A DNA stretch of 64,000 nt from Acidobacteriota bacterium (lineage in GTDB: Bacteria > Acidobacteriota > Vicinamibacteria > Vicinamibacterales > UBA2999), in the NCBI GenBank assembly GCA_021731165.1, contig JAKFXY010000029.1, forward strand, positions 9,291 to 73,290. Direction: 5' to 3'. A program made the translations under genes and the position numbers. The notes beneath the pieces were generated by a model that was not told the DNA's origin, did not search any database, and was given only the letters and a program-made list of their open reading frames with translations. Positions 28,058 through 34,654 of the stretch are shown here, one piece after another; position 1 is the first letter of the stretch, and the number at the start of each line of letters is the position of its first letter.

Positions 28058-29481
28058 TCGACCCAGTACCTGTCGCCCCAGCGGGGCAAAAACCTCGGGC
28101 TGATGGTACGGCGCTGAAGCGCTTCGCTCTTGAGACGGCTCGTGATGGCCAGCGCGATCGGGTCGCTCGGCCAGCTCTCGCGCCTGCCGGGCGGCAGCAG
28201 CCCCGCCCAATCGTTGCGGCTGTAGTAGGCGGTGCGGCGCAACTCGAAATGCGTGCCGACGGTTCGGAACGCCCAGAGCGGCGCGGCGACGAGAAAGTAG
28301 GCCGCAATGAGCAGCGCCAGACGGGTGGGGCCGCCGGTGGCGCGGCCGAGCATCGCGCGGATTGGCGCAAATGCCGCCAGCGCGTAGAACGTCCCGGCGG
28401 TGCTCACGATCTCGTCCTTGATATACGTCAAGCACAACCCCGCGCTGACTGCGATCACGACGACTCCGACGATGACCGATGGGTCGTCCGGCCGCAGCCC
28501 TTCGCGGCGCCGTCGCAGGAGCATGACGACGTAGACCACGAGCGCCGTCGTCACCAGGGCGGAGGCGGAGATGTTGATCGGGACAACTGGCGACGGCCCT
28601 TCGGCCCTGTCCGGTCGCAGCAGCTCGTAGACGCCGAACCGCGGCTCCGAGAAGAGGACCGTCAGGAGGCCTCCGGCCGTGTTGTACGCGAACAGAGGCA
28701 GAGGATTGGCGCTGAAGCGGTCGCGCAGATCGTCGCCCGAGTAGTAGACGCCGCCCCACCCACTTCCTCTCGAGCCGATGCCAGGAGAGGTGATCTCCAG
28801 CGCCTGCCGGCCGCCGGCGTACGCCACCAGCATGAGCGTGGCCACGACGGCTGTTCGCCACCTGATGCCCGGCATCCGCAGTGCCGCGCACATCACGATG
28901 ACCACCCAGATGAGCACCGCGGACTCAATCAGCAGCAGGCACCACGCAAGCAGCAGGAGTACGAGGGCCTGACTCGTCCATCGGGGTCGGCGTCGGGCCA
29001 CGGCAAATGCCACCATGGAGACGAGGGCGACCTCGGCGTAATGATTGACTGGAAACGCCTCGCGTGTGACCGCGCCGAACGTGTGGAGGCCGGTGAGCAC
29101 GGTCAAGCAAAAGGCGAGGGCCGCCACGTCGAGCCATCCGTCGATACGTACGCAGGCGACGAAGGCCAAGAGCAGCAGCATGATGATCGCCGCGTGCGCG
29201 CCTCGGAAGACCGCGTTGTACGACAGGCCGGTGGTGTTCGCCACGGCGAGCAGGCCGCGTGCCTGTATGTAGCGCATGGGGCGCAGGGTACTGTCGGACC
29301 CGCCGGATGCCTCAATGAACAGGCGTGTGGCCGACGGCGCCTTCGCCGACTCGACGATCACGTCGAGGCTGTCGGAGACCTGGACCGGAATTCTGAAGAC
29401 GCTGTCCGCGAACGCCAGAGCCAGGAGGGCCGCCAGCGTGTATGCGGCCGTGCGCGGCCTTCGCAGCCGTGAGAGCCTCAC
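28054..29481 (-). CDS. Orphan polytopic membrane protein
   Basis: ORF 28054..29568. I prefer the GTG at 29481 (VRLSRLRRPRTAAYTLAALLALAF...) because the ATG at 29568 would overlap smpB. About 10 or more hydrophobic helices. No family recognised. Confidence 0.55.
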   Translation of the reverse strand: MRLSRLRRPRTAAYTLAALLALAFADSVFRIPVQVSDSLDVIVESAKAPSATRLFIEASGGSDSTLRPMRYIQARGLLAVANTTGLSYNAVFRGAHAAIIMLLLLAFVACVRIDGWLDVAALAFCLTVLTGLHTFGAVTREAFPVNHYAEVALVSMVAFAVARRRPRWTSQALVLLLLAWCLLLIESAVLIWVVIVMCAALRMPGIRWRTAVVATLMLVAYAGGRQALEITSPGIGSRGSGWGGVYYSGDDLRDRFSANPLPLFAYNTAGGLLTVLFSEPRFGVYELLRPDRAEGPSPVVPINISASALVTTALVVYVVMLLRRRREGLRPDDPSVIVGVVVIAVSAGLCLTYIKDEIVSTAGTFYALAAFAPIRAMLGRATGGPTRLALLIAAYFLVAAPLWAFRTVGTHFELRRTAYYSRNDWAGLLPPGRRESWPSDPIALAITSRLKSEALQRRTISPRFLPRWGDRYWVE

Positions 29482-29488
29482 GCGATGG

Positions 29489-29496
29489 AGTATAGT
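29489..29496. promoter_or_regulatory. Overlapping face-to-face -10-like hexamers (TATAGT on plus, TATACT on minus) in a 28-bp divergent gap
   Basis: This is the only AT-rich element in 29482..29509. TATAGT ends 13 nt before the smpB ATG. TATACT ends 7 nt before the GTG at 29481. Confidence 0.3.
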
Positions 29497-29509
29497 CGGC
29501 TCCGGATCG

Positions 29510-29995
29510 ATGGTGGCGGACAAGAAGGACGGCGATCCATCAGAGCGCCAGATCGCCGACAACCGCAAGGCCTTTCACGACTATCACATCCTCGACACGT
29601 GGGAAGCGGGCGTGGCGCTGCTCGGCACGGAGGTCAAGTCGATCCGCGAGGGGAGCGTCAGCCTCCGCGACAGCTACGCGCGTCTGACCAACGGCGAGGT
29701 GTGGCTGATGAACCTGCACATCGGCCCGTACAGCCACAGTGGATACTCCAGCCACGAGGAGCGGCGCCAGAGGAAGCTCCTGATGCACCGCGAGGAGATC
29801 CGCAAGCTCACGGGCAAGGTGGCCGAGCGCGGCCTGACACTCGTGCCGCTGCGGATGTACTTCAAGAAGGGGCGAGTGAAGGTCGCGCTCGGGCTTGCCA
29901 AGGGCAAGCAGGCGCACGACAAGCGGGAGACGCTCCGGCGCCGCGAGATCGATCGCGAGACCCGCGCGGCGGTCAAGTCGCGCCAGCGCGGCTAG
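29510..29995 (+). CDS. smpB: SsrA-binding protein
   Basis: Begins at the ATG at 29510: MVADKKDGD...IADNRKAFHDYHILDTWEAGVALLGTEVKSIREG...LLMHREEIRKL...LVPLRMYFKKGRVKVALGLAKGKQAHDKRE. Confidence 0.9.
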   Translation: MVADKKDGDPSERQIADNRKAFHDYHILDTWEAGVALLGTEVKSIREGSVSLRDSYARLTNGEVWLMNLHIGPYSHSGYSSHEERRQRKLLMHREEIRKLTGKVAERGLTLVPLRMYFKKGRVKVALGLAKGKQAHDKRETLRRREIDRETRAAVKSRQRG

Positions 29996-30023
29996 GGGTC
30001 GGGCCGACCCGAAGGTCGATACT

Positions 30024-30908
30024 CTACGGCCTTCGTTCCGCGACCACGCCCATCACGTCACCCAGGTTGAGCGGGATCCGTGCCGCCGGCCAGAGCTTCA
30101 GGGGTAACGCGGCGGCGTGTGCGATCCGGAGAGTGGCGCTCCCGGCGGCCAGGTCACGCAGCCGGCGCTCGATATAGGAGCACCGGTAGCGGCGGCCGAC
30201 GGTTCTCGTGGCCACCAGGGCGAAGCCGGTGTCGGCGAGCAGTCGTGTCAGGTTCGCTCTGTTGAACAGCGCGATGTGCTGGACGAGATCCAGGTAGTAC
30301 CACTGCCGGCCGAGGAGCCGTGCCATCGCGCTCCCGGCGTCCGGGGTCGTGATGAACAGGCGTCCACCGGGCGCCAAGTACTCCCGACAGCGCTCGAGCG
30401 CGCCGCGAGGGTCGGGGACATGCTCGATGACGTCGAACATGGTGATCACGTCGAAACGGTCGCGGAAGTCCTGACGCGGGTCGTCGATCGATCCCACTTC
30501 GATTGGGGCCTGGAGGTGCGCACGGCCCCACTCGACCATCGCGGCCGCTGGCTCGAGTCCCTCGGTCTCGAAGTGCCGGCTCGCCTCCTTCGCGAAGAAG
30601 CCGAGGTTCGCGCCGACGTCCAGCAATCGTCCGCCGTCGAGCGCGTGGCGGCGCACCCATTGCAGCTTGTCGCGCGCCGCGTCGAGCGCGCTCGCGTCCT
30701 GGTAGTAGTCGGGGTACTCGGTCATGAAGGCGGGCATCCCGTCTTCGTAGATGGAGAGCCCGGAGGACCCGCGCATCAGCCCCTGTCGCACCCAGGCGAA
30801 GCTGCACGCGCGGCAGCGGCGCAGCTCGCGGTCACCACGCCGCGTCCACGTGTCGCCGGCGGCGCCGCAGAGCGGGCAGGCATCCTGCTCGAGCGCGGTC
30901 TCGTTCAT
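30024..30908 (-). CDS. Class I SAM-dependent methyltransferase with an N-terminal Cys4 zinc ribbon
   Basis: 294 aa. CPLCG...CRAC ribbon, motif I LLDVGANLGFFA, and VITMFDVIEHVPDPRGAL...GGRLFITTP. Confidence 0.8.
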   Translation of the reverse strand: MNETALEQDACPLCGAAGDTWTRRGDRELRRCRACSFAWVRQGLMRGSSGLSIYEDGMPAFMTEYPDYYQDASALDAARDKLQWVRRHALDGGRLLDVGANLGFFAKEASRHFETEGLEPAAAMVEWGRAHLQAPIEVGSIDDPRQDFRDRFDVITMFDVIEHVPDPRGALERCREYLAPGGRLFITTPDAGSAMARLLGRQWYYLDLVQHIALFNRANLTRLLADTGFALVATRTVGRRYRCSYIERRLRDLAAGSATLRIAHAAALPLKLWPAARIPLNLGDVMGVVAERRP

Positions 30909-30911
30909 GCT

Positions 30912-30925
30912 GGACCGCCATAGTA
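30912..30925. promoter_or_regulatory. Conserved intergenic motif GGACCGCCATAGTA (copy 2; CATAGT/TACTAT -10-like hexamer)
   Basis: Lies in the 32-bp divergent gap 30909..30940 between two methyltransferase genes and is identical to 20830..20843. TACTAT (minus) ends 11 nt before the ATG at 30908. CATAGT (plus) ends 16 nt before the GTG at 30941. Confidence 0.3.
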
Positions 30926-30940
30926 CACTTCGCGGATCGC

Positions 30941-31984
30941 GTGCGGCTCACCCCTGACATCCTCGCGGTCCTCGCGTGCCCGCTGTGCGGCGGATCGCTG
31001 ACCGCCGATCCACGCGAGACCGCCGTTGACGGGCACGTGATGGAGGGCGATCTCGCCTGTGCGTGCGGACGCCGGTACGCGATTCGTGGTGGGGTGCCCA
31101 GGCTCTCGCCAGATGTGCAGATTGAGGCGGTCGAGCAGACGGTGCACGCCTTCGGGTACCAGTGGCACCGCGTGGACAAGGCGCTGAAGGACACTCGCTT
31201 CAACGCCCCGGAGGTGTTCCTCGACTTCATTCGTCCGGTCCAGCCTGAATGGTTCAGGGGCAAGGTCGTGCTCGACGCCGGGTGCGGCACCGGCCGATTC
31301 ACGCTCTGCGCGGCCGCCTTCGGCGCGGCGCTGGCGGTCGGTCTCGATCTCAGCACGGCCGTGGACGTGGCGTTCGCCAACACGCGGCATCTGCCGAACG
31401 TCGTGATCATCCAGGGTGACCTGCTGCGGCTGCCGGTGGCGCCGGTTATCGATTACGCGTTCAGCGTGGGCGTGCTGCACCACACCGCGGATCCTCGCGG
31501 CGCATTTCTTCAGATGGCGTCCAAGGTGGTGCCTGGCGGCAGCGTGAGCGCGTGGGTCTACGCTCGGGAACACAACGGTTGGATTATCTATGGCCTCAAT
31601 CCGGTACGGCACGTCACGAGCCGTCTGCCGCGGCCGCTGTTGCTGGCGGCGTCCTACGCACTGGCGGCTCCACTCATGCTCGTCGTCAAGGCGATCTACG
31701 GTCCAGTGTCGCGGACGCCGGCGCTCGCCTGGATGCGTCACGGGCTTTTCTACTTCGAGTACATGGCGTTTCTGTCACAGTTCAACTATCCGACGCTGGC
31801 GTACATCGTCTTCGACCATGCCGTGCCGGTCATCGCGGAGTACATCAAGCGAAACGACTTCGCCGAATGGTTCAGGGCGGCGGGCCTCGAGCGCGCGGTC
31901 ATCACCATGCGTGGCGGCAACAGTTGGCGTGGGTTTGGAGAAATCCCGGATCTCAATTCCCAGATCCCAGATCCCAACGCCTGA
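30941..31984 (+). CDS. Class I SAM-dependent methyltransferase with an N-terminal Trm112-like zinc-ribbon domain and a hydrophobic C-terminal tail
   Basis: 347 aa with a GTG start. ILAVLACPLCGGSL...CACGRRYAIRGGVPRL is the Trm112-like part. Motif I is VLDAGCGTGRFT, followed by VGVLHHTADPRGAF. Confidence 0.8.
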   Translation: MRLTPDILAVLACPLCGGSLTADPRETAVDGHVMEGDLACACGRRYAIRGGVPRLSPDVQIEAVEQTVHAFGYQWHRVDKALKDTRFNAPEVFLDFIRPVQPEWFRGKVVLDAGCGTGRFTLCAAAFGAALAVGLDLSTAVDVAFANTRHLPNVVIIQGDLLRLPVAPVIDYAFSVGVLHHTADPRGAFLQMASKVVPGGSVSAWVYAREHNGWIIYGLNPVRHVTSRLPRPLLLAASYALAAPLMLVVKAIYGPVSRTPALAWMRHGLFYFEYMAFLSQFNYPTLAYIVFDHAVPVIAEYIKRNDFAEWFRAAGLERAVITMRGGNSWRGFGEIPDLNSQIPDPNA

Positions 31985-31993
31985 GAGCGCCTT

Positions 31994-32953
31994 TCAGGCG
32001 TTGTCGAGGGGGGACGGCGTTGTGGGCTGCCCGTCCGCCGGCACGCACGCGGCGAACACCGTACCGACGGCCACCACTGGGATTGTCACCTTCTCCAGCC
32101 GAAGGCGGTTCGCCAGCCATCGTCCAATCGGGCTCTTGAGGTACGTCACGATGCGGCCGATCGAGGCGTACTGCCGCTCCGTCTCCGAGAAGATCATGCG
32201 AAAGCCGGCAGCCTCGAGCGTGCGTGCAATGGTCGCACTCGAGAAGACGGACAGCGACGCATGGTTGAACTCGGGGTACCGTCGGCCGTAGAGGCGCCCG
32301 ATCGGCCCGTCCACGTCAGAGAAGTTGATGACGAAGATGCCATCCGGAGCGAGGCTCTGGCGGATGTTGCGAAGCGCGCGGACCGGATCCCGCCAGCACG
32401 AAATCCCGCCGAAATTGCAGACGATGTCGTAGGCGGCTGGGGGGAGCGGCGCATCCTCGATGAAATGGCTGTCGATGTCGAGCCCATACTTCCGGCGCGC
32501 CATGTCGGCGAACAGCGTCGAGACGTCGATGCCACGCACGGTGTAGCCGAAACCCCGTGCCACGTCGAGGAAGGACCCCGTGGCGGTGCCGATTTCGAGC
32601 AGCCTCGCCGGCGCCGGCTTGTGGCGCATGATTCGCTTCAGGCGGAGCGATGCGGTCGCCTTGTAGCTGGCGTCCCAGTCGGCGTAGTCGTGATAGCCGA
32701 GCGGTCGCTCGAGGTCGTAGTCCGAGGCGGAGGAGTCCTCGATGAACGTCCGTGAGCTGAAGTACTGCTCGAGGGCGCGGCGGCTGAGCCGGGGGTTCTG
32801 AAAGATCAGGCTGCACCATGCGCACCGCACGAAAGTGAGCGGCACCGCCCGGATGTCCCCATCGAAGACCTCCGTGAAGCGCCCGTTCTGACAGAGCGGA
32901 CAGCGTTCCAGCGTCTCGAATTCCCAGTCGATGCGCGACGCCGGATCGGTCAT
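31994..32953 (-). CDS. Class I SAM-dependent methyltransferase with an N-terminal Cys4 zinc ribbon
   Basis: Start at the ATG at 32953 (MTDPASRIDWEF...) overlaps the upstream stop (ATGA). CPLCQ...CAWC ribbon and motif I LLEIGTATGSFL. Confidence 0.75.
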   Translation of the reverse strand: MTDPASRIDWEFETLERCPLCQNGRFTEVFDGDIRAVPLTFVRCAWCSLIFQNPRLSRRALEQYFSSRTFIEDSSASDYDLERPLGYHDYADWDASYKATASLRLKRIMRHKPAPARLLEIGTATGSFLDVARGFGYTVRGIDVSTLFADMARRKYGLDIDSHFIEDAPLPPAAYDIVCNFGGISCWRDPVRALRNIRQSLAPDGIFVINFSDVDGPIGRLYGRRYPEFNHASLSVFSSATIARTLEAAGFRMIFSETERQYASIGRIVTYLKSPIGRWLANRLRLEKVTIPVVAVGTVFAACVPADGQPTTPSPLDNA

Positions 32954-34629
32954 CGCTGTGGCGTACACCGCCATGCACGGAACGAGCCGGCGTAGGCCTC
33001 GGTCCACGTCACGTTCATCCCGTAGTGCTCGCGCACGAATGTCGCCACCGAATCGAGCCGGTCCCGCTCGGCGACCACGAGTATCGAGGGGTCGGTGCAG
33101 ATCGCGCGCAGCAGCCCTTGGCTGTAGGAGATGGAGAGGAAGGCCTGCAGGTACGGATTGTGGTTGGTCGTGCCCAGTTGAATCGAGTGGAGCTTCACCG
33201 GCGGAGTACGAAATGGCCGCCACCAGTGCTCGAAGGGAAACGAATCGGCGTGAAGCACCAGCAATGACGGCTGGAGCTGAAGGAGGTCAGCGATCTGGCG
33301 TTCGACAGCCGCGGACTGTTCGTTGTCAGCCGTGGCCTGCCTGGCCACGAGCCGTGCCTCATACGCCACGAGTGAAAGCAGAAGAATGGCCGCTGGAACG
33401 TACGCGGCGGTGCGCGTCTGGCGTCTCCACGTGCCGATCACGATGATGATCGCCAGCACGAAGCACGCCTGCAGCGGCGCGAAGAGCCGAAAGGGAAGCT
33501 CCTTGAACCCGCTTTCGATGGCCAGGCACGACACCACGAACAATGCCAGCAAGGCGGAGGTTGCAACCAGCCCGGCCCGCCTTGCCTGCGTGATGGCGAG
33601 TGCGACACCCGCCGCGATCGGCACGGCCGACTCGGCGAGCAGTCTCAGAAACGTCGCGCCGGTGAGGTGAGCAGTGGCGCGGCGGATCAGCCATTGGGCG
33701 CGCATCTGCCACGCCACCACGTCGGCCCATGATGCATACGCATCCTCGATACGCGCGAGCGAGTGAACGTCTGGATCCACTCCCCAGAAGGTCTTCAAGG
33801 CTTCCCAGTCATTCGGGCTCCACCCGGCCCGCTCCCGCATGCGATCGATGGCGCCAGCGGGAAGGTCGCCTCCCCACTCGAACAGCCGTGCCATCACCCA
33901 CATATTCTGCTGATACGCCGCCCAGGGAGCGTCGGTCGTGTACAGCGCGCCATCGAGATAGACGAGAAGAGCGGCGGTCCCGGCCACACCGGCGATGAGT
34001 CCGCCGAGGCGGACGACGCGCGAGCGGCGTGCCGAGGTGTCGCGCAGGGCCAGCGGCGCCAGGAGCAGGCCCGTGAGGATGGCTCCCGCGGTCGCGCCCA
34101 TCGGACGGACGAGCAGGCCCATGAGGAGCAGTGACGCCGCCATGATCAGAAACGCGGGCCGTGGGCGCACCGCCAGGATCTCGGTGGCCGCCAGTGCCAT
34201 CGCCGCGCCGCCGGCGAGCGTGCTGCTGATCGTGAACTGGACGCCGCCAACGAGCGGCACGAGCACGACGAGCGCCGCGAGCAATGCGGCCACTCTCGCG
34301 ATCCGCACGGCTCCGCCCCAGGTCCACGCCAGTGTCAGGACGACGGCGGCGGACCAGATGAGCAGAGCGCCAAGGACAAGGTCCCATATGTGAACCGGCA
34401 GCATGCGCCGCGCGCCCACGAGGGCCCAGGCGAGCAATGAATGCGCCATCAACACGAAGCCGGTCGGCGTTCCGCCAGGCACCGTCAGCCCCTCGATCCC
34501 GAGGCGGATGCTGACGTCATCGTTGGTGAGAAAGATCGGTGGTATCGCGATCCAGAACGCGGCGACGCACATCAGGGTCGCGGCGAGCGTCACGACGAAG
34601 GTGCGCCACTCGATGCGCGGATCGTCCAT
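32950..34629 (-). CDS. Orphan polytopic membrane protein with a C-terminal soluble domain
   Basis: ORF 32950..34680. I prefer the ATG at 34629 (MDDPRIEWRTFVVTLAATL...) because 34680 would overlap the divergent gene. Many hydrophobic helices. No family recognised. Confidence 0.55.
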   Translation of the reverse strand: MDDPRIEWRTFVVTLAATLMCVAAFWIAIPPIFLTNDDVSIRLGIEGLTVPGGTPTGFVLMAHSLLAWALVGARRMLPVHIWDLVLGALLIWSAAVVLTLAWTWGGAVRIARVAALLAALVVLVPLVGGVQFTISSTLAGGAAMALAATEILAVRPRPAFLIMAASLLLMGLLVRPMGATAGAILTGLLLAPLALRDTSARRSRVVRLGGLIAGVAGTAALLVYLDGALYTTDAPWAAYQQNMWVMARLFEWGGDLPAGAIDRMRERAGWSPNDWEALKTFWGVDPDVHSLARIEDAYASWADVVAWQMRAQWLIRRATAHLTGATFLRLLAESAVPIAAGVALAITQARRAGLVATSALLALFVVSCLAIESGFKELPFRLFAPLQACFVLAIIIVIGTWRRQTRTAAYVPAAILLLSLVAYEARLVARQATADNEQSAAVERQIADLLQLQPSLLVLHADSFPFEHWWRPFRTPPVKLHSIQLGTTNHNPYLQAFLSISYSQGLLRAICTDPSILVVAERDRLDSVATFVREHYGMNVTWTEAYAGSFRAWRCTPQR

Positions 34630-34640
34630 TCGGAACTTGT

Positions 34641-34647
34641 TATTATG
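34641..34647. promoter_or_regulatory. Overlapping face-to-face -10-like hexamers (TATTAT on plus, CATAAT on minus) in a 25-bp divergent gap
   Basis: TATTAT at 34641-34646 ends 8 nt before the ATG at 34655, which fits leaderless spacing. CATAAT (minus) ends 12 nt before the ATG at 34629. Confidence 0.3.
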
Positions 34648-34654
34648 GCCCACG

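Noticed and set aside
29996-30010. 15-nt near-palindrome GGGTCGGGCCGACCC after smpB, as a bidirectional terminator
   Set aside because: The central loop would be 1 nt, so at most 5 bp could pair with a workable loop. No T-tract follows on either strand. The evidence is too weak to call an intrinsic terminator.
29996-30100. Looked for a tmRNA (ssrA) gene adjacent to smpB
   Set aside because: The region is only 28 nt of spacer before the 3' end of a methyltransferase gene. No tRNA-like acceptor or T-arm pattern, or tag reading frame, is visible.
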